Origin: Bacteroidota bacterium
Lineage (GTDB): Bacteria > Bacteroidota > Bacteroidia > Chitinophagales > LD1
Assembly: GCA_018267385.1 (NCBI GenBank)
Contig: JAFDYN010000008.1
Location: forward strand, 62,622-126,621
DNA: 64,000 bases
Reading direction: 5' to 3'
Shown: positions 18,107-28,534 of the stretch, piece by piece
Numbering within the stretch: the first letter of the stretch is position 1
Layout of the letters: every line of letters starts with the position of its first letter
Translations under genes and position numbers: made by a program
Notes under the pieces: model-generated
The model's database searches: none
Told to the model about the DNA's origin: nothing
Seen by the model: only the letters and a program-made list of their open reading frames with translations

Positions 18107-19171
18107 CTAATGCGCGTACTGATTGGCGTAGTACTTCTGATAATCACCGCTGGTCACACTGTTTAGCCACTCGCCATTGGCCAGGTACCAGTCTATGGTC
18201 TTGTCCAGCCCCTGCTCAAATGTCACCGATGGCTCCCAGCCCAGTTCATTCTTGATCTTGGTGGCGTCTATCGCATAGCGCTTATCGTGGCCAGGTCGGT
18301 CCTTTACGTAGGTGATCAGTTTCTCAGACTCGCCTTCGGCGCGACCCAGCTTTTGGTCTACGATCTTTATCAGCAGTTTGATCAGGTTGATATTCTGCCA
18401 TTCGTTGAAGCCACCTATATTGTAGGTCTCGCCCAGCACACCGGTATGGTACACTACATCTATCGCACGGGCGTGATCCTCTACCCATAGCCAGTCGCGG
18501 GTGTATTTACCATCGCCATATACAGGCAGTGACTTATTATTACGGATGTTATTGATGAAAAGCGGTATCAGCTTCTCCGGAAACTGATTTGCCCCATAGT
18601 TGTTGGAGCAGTTGGTCAGCACTACCGGCAGGTTGTAAGTATTGTAGTACGCCCTGACGAAGTGGTCAGAGCTGGCCTTTGATGCTGAATATGGCGACTG
18701 TGGCTCATACGGCGTGGTTTCGAGGAAGAAGCCCTCCTCTCCCAACGATCCATACACCTCATCTGTAGACACATGGTAGAACTTCTTTCCCGCAGGGAAA
18801 TCAGAATCCTTATTGCACTTCCAGATCGTACGCGCTGCATTGAGCAGGTTTACGGTTCCGATCACATTGGTCACGACAAATGCCATCGGGTCAGAGATAG
18901 AGCGGTCTACATGGCTCTCAGCAGCCAGGTGTATCACACCATCAAACTGCTCCCGTTGAAACAGCTCATTGATAAAAGCCGCATCTGTGATGTCGCCCTT
19001 TACAAATGTGTAGTTAGCCATGCCCTCTATATCGCGCAGGTTCTCCAGATTGCCTGCATAGGTCAGTGCATCCAGGTTGTATATCTGCGTATCCGCATAC
19101 TTATTGACAAACAGCCTCACCACGTGAGAGCCTATGAATCCGGCGCCGCCGGTGATGAGTATCTTCTTCAT
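18107..19171 (-). CDS. rfbB: dTDP-glucose 4,6-dehydratase
   Basis: 'MKKILITGGAGFIGSH', 'YHVSTDEVYG', 'PYSASKASSDHFVRAY' and 'RPGHDKRYAIDATKI' are canonical RmlB motifs. Confidence 0.9.
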   Translation of the reverse strand: MKKILITGGAGFIGSHVVRLFVNKYADTQIYNLDALTYAGNLENLRDIEGMANYTFVKGDITDAAFINELFQREQFDGVIHLAAESHVDRSISDPMAFVVTNVIGTVNLLNAARTIWKCNKDSDFPAGKKFYHVSTDEVYGSLGEEGFFLETTPYEPQSPYSASKASSDHFVRAYYNTYNLPVVLTNCSNNYGANQFPEKLIPLFINNIRNNKSLPVYGDGKYTRDWLWVEDHARAIDVVYHTGVLGETYNIGGFNEWQNINLIKLLIKIVDQKLGRAEGESEKLITYVKDRPGHDKRYAIDATKIKNELGWEPSVTFEQGLDKTIDWYLANGEWLNSVTSGDYQKYYANQYAH

Positions 19172-19177
19172 TGCTGG

Positions 19178-19711
19178 TTATTGTTTTTGTATGTCGCCAT
19201 AGCCCTGTGCTACCACAGTACCATGCGGATCCCTGAATACATAATAGAGCCGGTATAATCCGGAAGATAAGCCTGATATATCTATCGTCTTGATGGTGTA
19301 GCCCGAGCCCACCGAGAAATCAAAACTCTTCAACACCAGCAGCTTTTGGTCGACCAGCAGCCATTGGCTCGCGTATACGGTATAGTAGTTATTGACGATA
19401 TGAATGACAAACGGACCTATAGCAGGATTGGGATATGCTGTGATCGAGCTATTAAAATGAGATTCCGTAGCGCCACTGACCGATGTATAGGGGGTGGTAT
19501 TGAAAGTATTCAAGACAATATCCGGGATTGCCACATCAGTTTTCCAATCTGAGGTATCGGCAGCGCCTACCAGGTTGCCATTCTCATCCCGCGCGGTATA
19601 TCCTGATATGGTGATGTCATTACTTTTTTTGCAAGAAGACAAACCCGTCACCATAAGCGCTAGAGCGACCGCAGCCGCTCCCAAACTCCTTATGATAAAT
19701 GCTTTTCTCAT
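19178..19711 (-). CDS. hypothetical lipoprotein embedded in the sugar-nucleotide operon
   Basis: Likely start MRKAFIIRSLGAAAVALALMVTGLSSC (lipobox). No family recognised. Confidence 0.5.
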   Translation of the reverse strand: MRKAFIIRSLGAAAVALALMVTGLSSCKKSNDITISGYTARDENGNLVGAADTSDWKTDVAIPDIVLNTFNTTPYTSVSGATESHFNSSITAYPNPAIGPFVIHIVNNYYTVYASQWLLVDQKLLVLKSFDFSVGSGYTIKTIDISGLSSGLYRLYYVFRDPHGTVVAQGYGDIQKQ

Positions 19712-19752
19712 TTTTGGTAATTCCTGACTCTTGGTTCTTGGCTCAAAACTTC

Positions 19753-21042
19753 TTACAATGACCAATACTTGATCCCCGCTATCTTCTTACGCAGGTCGCC
19801 CTTCACATCTACCAGTATGCCATCCGGCTTCATGATAGTCTTAAAGTAAGCCTCGTCCAGCGCGCCGAACTTGTCATGATTTACGGCTACGATCACCGCG
19901 TCATAGTCCTTTGCCAGATCAGTGGTCAGCACCTCACCATACTCATGCTGGAATTCTTCATTATCAGCATACGGATCGGTGACCTCTACGTGTACATGAT
20001 ATTCTTTGAGGGCCTTGATCACATCTACCACTTTAGAGTTGCGAATATCAGATACATTCTCCTTGAAGGTAGCCCCCATCACCAGCACCTTGGTGTGTGC
20101 TATCGTCTTGTCCAGCTGTATGAGTTGCTGCACCAGCTTTTTGGCTATGCGTGCGCCCATATCGTCATTGATGCGGCGGCCTGCGAGGATCACCTCAGAC
20201 TTGTAGCCCAGCTCTTCTGCCTTATAGGTCAGGTAGTATGGATCTACGCCGATACAGTGGCCACCCACCAGCCCCGGGAAGAACTTCAGAAAGTTCCACT
20301 TAGTACCTGCCGCCTCCAGCACCTCATAGGTGTTGATACCCATTTTATCAAAGATGCAGGACAGCTCATTCATCAGCGCGATATTGACATCGCGCTGCGT
20401 ATTCTCTATGATCTTGGCAGCCTCTGCTACCTTGATAGAGCTGGCGCGGTGCGTGCCGGCTTTGACTACGATCTCGTATGTTTTGGCTATAGTGTCCAGA
20501 GACTCGGCATCGCAGCCGGAGACCACCTTGGTGATCTTGGCCAGCGTATGTTCTTTATCACCCGGATTGATACGCTCCGGCGAGTAGCCGAGCTTAAAGT
20601 CCACACCCATCTTCAGGCCGCTCACCTGCTCTATCACGGGCAGGCAGTCATCCTCTGTGCAGCCAGGGTATACCGTAGATTCAAACACCACGTAGTCGCC
20701 CTTCTTCAGCACCTTGCCTATGGTAGTAGAGGCGGAGAGAACGGGCTTCAGGTCAGGTACATTGTGTGAGTCTACAGGAGTAGGGACTGCCACTATAAAG
20801 AAGGAGGCTTCCTTCAGGTCCTCCAGATCAGATGTAAACTTGATATCGCAACCTTCAAACGCCTCTTTCTCCAGCTCGCAGCTAGGATCTATACCCTGCT
20901 TCATCATCTCCACGCGCTTTGGATTGATATCAAATCCGATCACGGATATCTTTCTGGCAAACTCCAGCGCGATAGGCAGGCCTACATATCCCAGTCCTAT
21001 CAGGGCCAGTTTCTTCTCTTTATTTAGTAACGACTCGTACAT
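19753..21042 (-). CDS. nucleotide-sugar dehydrogenase (UDP-GlcNAc/GalNAc 6-dehydrogenase, WbpO/TviB/WbpA-like)
   Basis: 'KKLALIGLGYVGLPIALEFA', 'SPERINPGD' and 'GLVGGHCIGVDPYYL' (catalytic Cys context) are typical of this branch of the UDP-glucose/GDP-mannose dehydrogenase family. Confidence 0.85.
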   Translation of the reverse strand: MYESLLNKEKKLALIGLGYVGLPIALEFARKISVIGFDINPKRVEMMKQGIDPSCELEKEAFEGCDIKFTSDLEDLKEASFFIVAVPTPVDSHNVPDLKPVLSASTTIGKVLKKGDYVVFESTVYPGCTEDDCLPVIEQVSGLKMGVDFKLGYSPERINPGDKEHTLAKITKVVSGCDAESLDTIAKTYEIVVKAGTHRASSIKVAEAAKIIENTQRDVNIALMNELSCIFDKMGINTYEVLEAAGTKWNFLKFFPGLVGGHCIGVDPYYLTYKAEELGYKSEVILAGRRINDDMGARIAKKLVQQLIQLDKTIAHTKVLVMGATFKENVSDIRNSKVVDVIKALKEYHVHVEVTDPYADNEEFQHEYGEVLTTDLAKDYDAVIVAVNHDKFGALDEAYFKTIMKPDGILVDVKGDLRKKIAGIKYWSL

Positions 21043-21097
21043 GACTTATTCAGTGGATTGTTATTGGTTTTTACTAGACCGTTTTCACACAGTCTTA

Positions 21098-21679
21098 TCA
21101 GGACACGCGCCTCACAGCGCCATCCTTCAGCTCATATACTTGTCCGCTTTCTTCGCAGGTAGCCTTTCCTGCAGCATCGAAATTCAAACGATGCCCATAC
21201 TCACTCATCCAGCCCAGCTGGCGCGCAGGGTTGCCTACCAGCAGCGCATATGCGGGCACCGTCTTGGTCACTACCGCGCCGGCGCCTATGAAGGCATACT
21301 GCCCGATGTCATGACCGCATACGATAGTGGCATTCGCACCGATGCTCGCTCCCTTGCCCACATGTGTTTTGGCATATTGGCCGCGACGGTTCACGCCGCT
21401 GCGAGGATTCGTCACATTGGTGAATACACAAGACGGCCCGAGAAATACATCATCCTCGCAGGTCACCCCTGTGTAGATAGATACGTTATTCTGCACCTTT
21501 ACATTATTGCCCAGTACTACGTCAGGAGAGACCACTACATTCTGGCCTATATTGCAGCCACGGCCCAGCGTGCAGCCGGGCATGATGTGGCTGAAGTGCC
21601 AGATCCTGGTCCCCTCACCTATGGTACAGCCCTCGTCTATGATGGCCGTCTCATGTGCATAGTAATTATTTGCTGCCAT
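21098..21679 (-). CDS. left-handed beta-helix N-acetyltransferase (WbpD/WlbB-like)
   Basis: Hexapeptide repeats throughout. The N-terminus '[41 protein letters not shown]' resembles UDP-2-acetamido-3-amino-2,3-dideoxy-glucuronate N-acetyltransferases. Confidence 0.8.
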   Translation of the reverse strand: MAANNYYAHETAIIDEGCTIGEGTRIWHFSHIMPGCTLGRGCNIGQNVVVSPDVVLGNNVKVQNNVSIYTGVTCEDDVFLGPSCVFTNVTNPRSGVNRRGQYAKTHVGKGASIGANATIVCGHDIGQYAFIGAGAVVTKTVPAYALLVGNPARQLGWMSEYGHRLNFDAAGKATCEESGQVYELKDGAVRRVS

Positions 21680-22658
21680 TGATGAAATCCCTATGACCTG
21701 CGAAAAGTTCTTCCTTGCTCAGCGTTTTGAAATAGTCATAGGTGATCTTCAGCCCTTCGGCGCGTTTCACCTTAGGCTCCCAGCCCAGTATTTCGCGCGC
21801 CTTGGTGATATCCGGCTTGCGCTGCTTAGGGTCATCCTTAGGCAGCTCGAGTGATATGAGTTTCTGGCTGGAATTGGTCAGCTTGATAATCTCCTCACCA
21901 AATTCTTTGATCGTGATCTCCTCAGGGTTGCCTATGTTCATAGGCTGCACATAGTCACTCAGCAGCAGGCGGTAGATGCCCTCCACGAGGTCGGCCACGT
22001 AGCAGAAAGAACGCGTCTGGCTACCATCGCCAAACATAGTGAGGTCCTCTCCTCTCAGCGCCTGACCTATAAAGGCCGGCAGCACGCGACCGTCATTCAG
22101 CCTCATACGAGGGCCATAGGTATTGAAGATGCGGATGATACGCGTCTCCAGTCCGTGATAGGTATGATATGCCATCGTGATAGCCTCCATGTAGCGCTTA
22201 GCTTCATCATATACACCGCGCGGGCCTACAGGGTTCACATTGCCCCAGTAGTCCTCCGTCTGCGGGTGTACGGTCGGGTCGCCATATACCTCAGAGGTAG
22301 ATGCCACGAGGATACGAGCCTTCTTGACCCGCGCCAGGCCGAGCAGGTTGTGCGTACCCATAGCGCCCACCTTCAGGGTCTGGATAGGTATCTTGAGATA
22401 GTCTATCGGGCTGGCTGGTGAGGCGAAGTGCAGGATATAGTCCAGGTCACCGGGCACGAAGACAAATTTCGATACATCATGGTGATAAAATTCAAAATTC
22501 TCCAGCTTGAAAAGGTGCTGGATATTGCGCAGGTCACCTGTGATGAGATTATCCATCGCTATCACGTGGTAGTCTTCTGCTATAAAGCGGTCGCATAGGT
22601 GCGAGCCGAGGAAGCCCGCAGCTCCCGTGATCAGTATCCTCTTTCTTGCTTTGCTCAT
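21666..22658 (-). CDS. UDP-glucuronate decarboxylase (UDP-xylose synthase-type SDR)
   Basis: '[18 protein letters not shown]', '[30 protein letters not shown]' and '[10 protein letters not shown]' are classic UXS motifs. Confidence 0.9.
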   Translation of the reverse strand: MSKARKRILITGAAGFLGSHLCDRFIAEDYHVIAMDNLITGDLRNIQHLFKLENFEFYHHDVSKFVFVPGDLDYILHFASPASPIDYLKIPIQTLKVGAMGTHNLLGLARVKKARILVASTSEVYGDPTVHPQTEDYWGNVNPVGPRGVYDEAKRYMEAITMAYHTYHGLETRIIRIFNTYGPRMRLNDGRVLPAFIGQALRGEDLTMFGDGSQTRSFCYVADLVEGIYRLLLSDYVQPMNIGNPEEITIKEFGEEIIKLTNSSQKLISLELPKDDPKQRKPDITKAREILGWEPKVKRAEGLKITYDYFKTLSKEELFAGHRDFINGSK

Positions 22659-23962
22659 TCTACAGTTTTTCTGCCTACGCTATAATAGTAAAATCCGCAC
22701 TCTTTCATCTCCGTCAGGCTATACAAATTTCGCCCGTCGAATATTACCTTTTCTTTAAGAGCCGCTTTGATCTTTTCAAAATCCGGCGAGCGGAAGGTGT
22801 TCCACTCGGTAGCGATCACGAGGAAATCAGCCCCTGTCAGGGCATCGTACTGATCTTTGGCAAAGTATACCTTGTCGCCGTACTGCTGCTTCACATGTCC
22901 CATAGCCTCAGGGTCATAAGCACGCACCTCAGCGCCGCGGCTGCGCAGCTCATCTATCAGGTAGAGCGCCGGTGCCTCACGCACATCATCTGTATTTGGC
23001 TTGAATGCCAGCCCCCACAGTGCTATTGTTTTTCCCTTTACATCAGGGTATTTCTCCAGTATTTTAGCCAGGAAGAGCTTGCGCTGGTCGTAGTTCACCT
23101 TCATCACCGAGTCGAGGATGGCAAAGTTGTAGTCATTCTGCGAAGCGGTCTGGTGCAGCGCCTGCACATCCTTAGGGAAACAGCTACCACCATAGCCGAG
23201 ACCCGGGAAGAGGAACCTCTTTCCTATGCGGCTGTCAGTACCTATACCGCGGCGTACCTGGTCTACGTCTGCGCCTACGCGCTCGCAGAGGTTAGCTACT
23301 TCATTCATAAATGAGATTTTGGTAGCCAGGAAAGAGTTCGCTGCATACTTCGTCATCTCCGCAGAGCGCTCATCCATAAAGAGGACCGGGTTGCCCTGGC
23401 GTACAAACGGCTCATACAGGTGGCCCATCACTTCCTGCGCCTTGTCAGAAGAAGTGCCTACTACCACACGCTCCGGTTTCATAAAGTCCTCCACAGCTAC
23501 ACCCTCGCGGAGAAACTCCGGATTGCTCACCACGTCAAACTCCACCTTGGCGCCTTTGGCTACTGCCTCGCGCACTTTATCAGCAGTACCTACCGGCACG
23601 GTGCTCTTGTCTACTATCACCACATACTGGTGCAGCAGCGGGCCGAGGTCTTTGGCTACACCGAGTATGTACTTCAGGTCAGCGCTGCCGTCCTCACCAG
23701 GAGGAGTAGGGAGTGCAAGGAAGATGATCTTTGCATCTTTGATACCTTCGGCCAGGCTGGTGGTAAACTTCAGCCTGCCCTCTTTCTTATTGCGCTCAAA
23801 GAGTACATCCAGCTCCGGCTCATAGATCGGCAGTTGGTTGTTATTGAGCATATCTATCTTGGACTGGTTGATATCTATACAGGTTACATCGTTGCCCGTC
23901 TCGGAGAAACACGTGCCGGTCACGAGGCCTACGTATCCTGTACCTACTACTGCTATCTTCAT
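22655..23962 (-). CDS. ugd: UDP-glucose 6-dehydrogenase
   Basis: '[16 protein letters not shown]', 'NPEFLREG.A' and '[11 protein letters not shown]' (catalytic Cys). It has a 4-bp overlap with the downstream decarboxylase gene. Confidence 0.9.
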   Translation of the reverse strand: MKIAVVGTGYVGLVTGTCFSETGNDVTCIDINQSKIDMLNNNQLPIYEPELDVLFERNKKEGRLKFTTSLAEGIKDAKIIFLALPTPPGEDGSADLKYILGVAKDLGPLLHQYVVIVDKSTVPVGTADKVREAVAKGAKVEFDVVSNPEFLREGVAVEDFMKPERVVVGTSSDKAQEVMGHLYEPFVRQGNPVLFMDERSAEMTKYAANSFLATKISFMNEVANLCERVGADVDQVRRGIGTDSRIGKRFLFPGLGYGGSCFPKDVQALHQTASQNDYNFAILDSVMKVNYDQRKLFLAKILEKYPDVKGKTIALWGLAFKPNTDDVREAPALYLIDELRSRGAEVRAYDPEAMGHVKQQYGDKVYFAKDQYDALTGADFLVIATEWNTFRSPDFEKIKAALKEKVIFDGRNLYSLTEMKECGFYYYSVGRKTVE

Positions 23963-23988
23963 TTATTTACTTTTGGTTTGGGTTGTTT

Positions 23989-25122
23989 TTATTGAATAAT
24001 TTCCTTGGCTGCTGAGATGATATAGTCCTGCTGGTCCCTCGTCATCTCTGTATGTATAGGCAATGATAATACACATTCGCTCAATCTGATAGAGATCGGG
24101 AAATCTGCATCGGAGTATCGCGGGGATTTGTAGGCGTTCTGCCGGTGCATAGGAGACGGATAGTACACCATAGTGGGTATACCCCTCTGCTCAAATGCCT
24201 TTCTGGCTGCTACTCTGTCAGTGCCCGGCTTCAGCGTCAGCGTATACTGATGAAATACATGTGTAGAGTTCGCCGCCCTCACCGGGATAGTAGCATTTTG
24301 CAGCGATGCCAGCTGCTCGTCATAATATGCGGCCGCACTCTGCCGCGCAGTACAGTACTTGTCGAGGTATTTTAGTTTCACATCCAGTATCGCAGCCTGC
24401 AGATTGTCCAGGCGGCTGTTGCAGCCTATATCATCAAATACATATTGCGATGATTGTCCGTGATTGGCTATCATCTTCAGGCGTTTTGCCAGTGCATCAT
24501 CATTGGTGAAGATCGCTCCGCCATCGCCATAGCAGCCGAGGTTCTTACTGGGGAAAAATGATGTGGTGCCTATCTGGCCTATCGTACCGGCACGTTGTTT
24601 TTTCCCGTCAGGGAAGGTATAGTAGGCCCCTATGGCCTGGGCCGTATCTTCTATCACGTAGAGGTGATGCCTCTGCGCTATCTCCATGATCGGAGCCATA
24701 TCTGCGCACTGGCCAAAGAGATGCACCGGCACGATGGCCCTGGTAGCGGGCGTGATGGCCTTCTCTATCGCCTCCGGCGAAATATTAAAAGTCAGCGGGT
24801 CTACCTCTACCAGCACGGGTGTCAGCCGCAGCAGGGCTATCACCTCTGCGGTGGCCGCGTAGGTAAAGTCTGCCGTGATCACCTCATCTCCCGGCTGGAG
24901 GTTCAGCGCCATCATGGCTATCTGCAGGGCATCGGTACCATTGGCGCAGGGTACTACATGCTTCACATCCAGATAGGCGGCCAGATTCTTTGTAAAGGAT
25001 TCCAATGCCGGGCCACCGATGAAGCGCCCCGTATCGATGACCGTGTGTATAGCGCTGTCTATTTCAGATTTGATATGCTGGTATTGGCCGATGAGATCGA
25101 CCATCTCTATTTTGTTCATCAT
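23989..25122 (-). CDS. DegT/DnrJ/EryC1/StrS family PLP-dependent sugar aminotransferase (WbpE/ArnB-like)
   Basis: 'FIGGP..E.FE...A.Y', 'NGTDALQIA' and 'SFFPSKNLGCYGDGGA' (PLP-Lys context). The likely start is MMNKIEMVDL. Confidence 0.85.
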   Translation of the reverse strand: MMNKIEMVDLIGQYQHIKSEIDSAIHTVIDTGRFIGGPALESFTKNLAAYLDVKHVVPCANGTDALQIAMMALNLQPGDEVITADFTYAATAEVIALLRLTPVLVEVDPLTFNISPEAIEKAITPATRAIVPVHLFGQCADMAPIMEIAQRHHLYVIEDTAQAIGAYYTFPDGKKQRAGTIGQIGTTSFFPSKNLGCYGDGGAIFTNDDALAKRLKMIANHGQSSQYVFDDIGCNSRLDNLQAAILDVKLKYLDKYCTARQSAAAYYDEQLASLQNATIPVRAANSTHVFHQYTLTLKPGTDRVAARKAFEQRGIPTMVYYPSPMHRQNAYKSPRYSDADFPISIRLSECVLSLPIHTEMTRDQQDYIISAAKEIIQ

Positions 25123-25179
25123 CGTTAAAAAGGGGAGTCCAAAAATAATATTTTTACCTTTATTGCCTAAAGTAGCTGT

Positions 25180-26001
25180 ATGCATCGCCTCCGGGTTCTA
25201 TTGACTTTTGCCATCTTGCTTAGCCTTTATAATCAATCATTTGCACAGAATGACTCCCTTCTTATAGCCCGTATAGAGCGCTCAGAGTTTATGAAAAAAC
25301 GTGCACGGACTACCAATAATGCCGTTCTGATCAGTATTTCCTACTCTGCGCTCATACCCGTAGGAGAGCTAAAGCAGCGATTTGGTTTTTGCAATAGTGT
25401 AGCCCTCAATCTGAGCTATAAGATGAATCACAACTGGCTACTGGGCGTAGAGGGGGCTTATCTCTTTGGCTCCCGGGTCAAGGAAAACCAGATCCTCGCC
25501 CCTGTCAGCACCTCTACGGGCCAGTTTATACAGGCCACGGGAGACCTGGGCGATATCAACCTGGAGATGAGTGGCTTTGAGCTGGCGCTGCGCACGGGCA
25601 AGATATTCAAGCTGTCTGACAAGCATCCGAACTCCGGTATCCTGCTGACGCTCGCACCGGGATTTATACAGCACAAGATATGGATACGTGCCACCAAAGA
25701 TTCCTATAAGCAGTTTGACACTGACTACAAGACCGGCTACGACCGCCTCACCAATGGCTTTATGCTGCAAGGACAGCTGGGATACCTCTACCTCGAGCGC
25801 AAAAAGTACCTTAATTTTTATGGCGGCATAGAGTATACTCTGGGCATCACCCAAAACCGGCGTGCATGGAACTTCTTCGACTCCACAGGTGGTATAGGCG
25901 GGCCTGATAGCCACACCAGGCTGGACATGTTCATCGGATTCAAAGTGGGCTGGATCATCCCTGTCTTTATCAATAAGGATACTGAGGAATACTACAGATA
26001 A
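25180..26001 (+). CDS. hypothetical secreted / outer-membrane protein
   Basis: Signal peptide MHRLRVLLTFAILLSLYNQSFAQ. An alternating hydrophobic pattern suggests beta strands. No family recognised. Confidence 0.45.
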   Translation: MHRLRVLLTFAILLSLYNQSFAQNDSLLIARIERSEFMKKRARTTNNAVLISISYSALIPVGELKQRFGFCNSVALNLSYKMNHNWLLGVEGAYLFGSRVKENQILAPVSTSTGQFIQATGDLGDINLEMSGFELALRTGKIFKLSDKHPNSGILLTLAPGFIQHKIWIRATKDSYKQFDTDYKTGYDRLTNGFMLQGQLGYLYLERKKYLNFYGGIEYTLGITQNRRAWNFFDSTGGIGGPDSHTRLDMFIGFKVGWIIPVFINKDTEEYYR

Positions 26002-26157
26002 AACCTTAAAAGCGAACCACTGCGGCTATATATCTTCTTTTACGACCTTTTCATCCTGCTATACCGGGCGGCTATACTGGTATCGTCGCCATTTTCTGCC
26101 AGGTCACGGCGGTGGTCTCTTGGCCGTGACAAGCTATTCGCGCGCCTGCGCAATAAC

Positions 26158-27288
26158 ATGAAAAGCCTGCATGGCAAAAAAGTGTGGGTGCACTGTGCCT
26201 CCCTGGGTGAGTTTGAGCAGGCACGCCCCCTCATAGAGATGATACGACAGCGAGACCCCGCGATGAAGATATTGCTTACCTTCTTCTCCCCTTCAGGATA
26301 TGATGTGCGCCGCTACTACGAGGGGGTAGACTACGTATCGTACCTGCCTATAGACAATGCGGTCAATGCCATCAAGTTTATCCGTACTGTCAGGCCTGAC
26401 CTCATCATCTGGGTCAAATATGAGTATTGGTATCATTTCCTGCGGCAACTTTATATCAGAAACCTGCCGGTCATATTGGTATCTGCTGTCTTCCGGCCAG
26501 ATCAGCCCTTCTTTCGCTGGTATGGTGGCCTGCACCGCGAGATGCTCGGCTATTTCCGCCACATCTTTGTACAAAACGAATCATCGCGCGAGTTATTGGC
26601 AGGGCTGGGCTTTGCGGCAGAGGTGTGTGCCGATACACGCTTTGACAGGGTGGCATCTATAGCCGCGCAGCGCAAAGAGTATGACACCATTGCAGCATTC
26701 AAGGGTGACAAAAAACTGATCGTAGCCGGCAGCACATGGAGCAAAGATGTGGACCTCATAGCCCGGCTCATCAATGAAGATCCTTTCCAGGGTGCATTCA
26801 AATACGTCATCGCACCGCATGATGTGAACGAGGAAAACAACTATTACATCATCGGCAATACAGTGGTGAGACGAGGACTCTTCTCACGTGTGACCACTCA
26901 AAATGCTCACGATTATGATCTGATCATCGTAGATGGCATCGGCATGCTGTCTTCCATCTATTATTATGCAGATGTAGTATATGTAGGAGGTGGCTTTGAT
27001 ACCAGCGTGCACAATATCCTGGAGCCTACAGTATATGGCAAGCCGGTCATCTTTGGCCCCAATCATCAGAAGTCAGCCGAGGCCCTTGAGCTACTCAGCC
27101 ATCCCGAGTGGCATGCAGCCTATACCGTGAGCAGCTATGAGCAGCTACTGGACTCTATAGAAGACCTCTATGAGCACGACGGCGCCCACCTGCGCACCGG
27201 CTCCGAAAAAGCCCGCGAATATGTACTATCGCACACCGGGGGCACGGAGCAGATCTATGCCTGGCTAAAGAGTAAAAACTATTTGTAA
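26158..27288 (+). CDS. waaA: 3-deoxy-D-manno-octulosonic acid (Kdo) transferase
   Basis: 'VWVHCASLGEFEQARPLIE' and 'FFSPSG' are KdtA/WaaA hallmarks. Homology-like sequence continues upstream in frame to 26002 with no ATG/GTG/TTG, so the true start is uncertain (see findings). Confidence 0.8.
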   Translation: MKSLHGKKVWVHCASLGEFEQARPLIEMIRQRDPAMKILLTFFSPSGYDVRRYYEGVDYVSYLPIDNAVNAIKFIRTVRPDLIIWVKYEYWYHFLRQLYIRNLPVILVSAVFRPDQPFFRWYGGLHREMLGYFRHIFVQNESSRELLAGLGFAAEVCADTRFDRVASIAAQRKEYDTIAAFKGDKKLIVAGSTWSKDVDLIARLINEDPFQGAFKYVIAPHDVNEENNYYIIGNTVVRRGLFSRVTTQNAHDYDLIIVDGIGMLSSIYYYADVVYVGGGFDTSVHNILEPTVYGKPVIFGPNHQKSAEALELLSHPEWHAAYTVSSYEQLLDSIEDLYEHDGAHLRTGSEKAREYVLSHTGGTEQIYAWLKSKNYL

Positions 27289-27361
27289 GCGCCTGCCATG
27301 TTTCCTGCCATACAGAACTACTTATATCCTATTTTCATGTACGTATACAGTCCATGATATT

Positions 27362-28534
27362 ATGAGCTTGCAGGGTGCAATAATAGAGGTAGAGGAGATA
27401 GCCAAAAGATTTCAACTCCACAATGCGGAGGGCAGAGAGTACATAGATGCCCTCAGCCCGCTTTCCTTTTCGCTGGGGCGTGGAGAGACACTCGGCATCA
27501 TGGGTAGAAACGGCTCCGGCAAAAGCACCCTGCTCAAAATACTCTCAGGCATTCTAAAACCTGATAGTGGCCAGGTGAGAATCTATGGCACCTTTGCCGC
27601 GATCCTTGACCTCGGTTTTGGCATGGTACCCGAGTTTACCGGGCGTGAAAATATTTTCCTGGCAGGTAGCATGGCCGGCTACAAAAGGCAGCAGATGCGC
27701 ACCATGGCTGATGAGATCATAGATTTTGCAGAGATCGGAGATTTTATAGACCAGCCGGTACGCCATTATTCCAATGGTATGTACCTCCGCCTCGCATTTG
27801 CCATCAAGACCTTGCTGCAGGTAGACCTTCTCATACTGGATGAGATCATGACTGTAGGCGATATCCGTTTTCAGGAAAAGTGCAAACTGAAAATACAGCA
27901 GCTACTGCGGCAGGGCACCAGCCTGATCATCGTATCGCACAGCCTGCGCGAGATAGCTGAGTATACCCGCCGGGCACTGATACTGGACCAGGGCCGGATA
28001 GTAGCTGATGGTGAGACTATGTCTGTGATAGATGCATATGAGGCACGATCCGGCCTCAAGCGGCAGAAAGAAGACGTTTCGGTCAACTTTGGCTCAGACC
28101 CGGACCAGTGCATCACAGTGCTGGACTACTGGGTCTCAGATCACCACGTACAGATAGAACAGCCGGTCAGCGCCTCTATCAGGTTTCGTGTGAATAAGCC
28201 CGGCACCTACAATCTCATGATCTATATCTCAGACTTTAGCAATGTACTGCTGTCTGACTCCTTCTCCTACAGGGTCACACCTGAGTATACTGTCAGCGCC
28301 ACGGGTGAGTATGTCTGTACGTGCCATATGCCGGACAATTTTTTTAATGTCGGTACCTTTTATGTGGGCTTCATTATATCTGATGGCCATAGCTCGCTGT
28401 ATGAGAATATGCGCTGCCTGAGTTTTGAGATCGAATCTTCTTACCATATGTGGGTCACACCCTGGAGTATGCATGACAAAAAGTTTTCACTCAAGCCCAG
28501 CTTTCAGTGGAGCCTGCAGCAGCCGAAAGAATGA
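27362..28534 (+). CDS. polysaccharide/O-antigen ABC exporter ATP-binding protein (Wzt/TagH-like) with a C-terminal extension
   Basis: Walker A 'GRNGSGKST', signature 'YSNGMYLRLAFA' and Walker B 'LLILDE'. About 150 extra C-terminal residues are rich in beta-type sequence, as in Wzt carbohydrate-binding domains. Confidence 0.8.
   Translation: MSLQGAIIEVEEIAKRFQLHNAEGREYIDALSPLSFSLGRGETLGIMGRNGSGKSTLLKILSGILKPDSGQVRIYGTFAAILDLGFGMVPEFTGRENIFLAGSMAGYKRQQMRTMADEIIDFAEIGDFIDQPVRHYSNGMYLRLAFAIKTLLQVDLLILDEIMTVGDIRFQEKCKLKIQQLLRQGTSLIIVSHSLREIAEYTRRALILDQGRIVADGETMSVIDAYEARSGLKRQKEDVSVNFGSDPDQCITVLDYWVSDHHVQIEQPVSASIRFRVNKPGTYNLMIYISDFSNVLLSDSFSYRVTPEYTVSATGEYVCTCHMPDNFFNVGTFYVGFIISDGHSSLYENMRCLSFEIESSYHMWVTPWSMHDKKFSLKPSFQWSLQQPKE

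Noticed and set aside
19876-21682. Two long plus-strand ORFs (297 aa at 19876..20769 and 322 aa at 20714..21682) opposite the dehydrogenase and acetyltransferase genes.
   Set aside because: The minus-strand genes have unmistakable enzyme motifs. The plus-strand translations have no motifs and a skewed composition, so they are antisense artefacts.
22646-23995. Plus-strand ORFs of 191-222 aa (22646..23314, 23226..23825, 23420..23995) opposite ugd.
   Set aside because: ugd has canonical motifs on the minus strand. The opposing ORFs are typical shadow frames.
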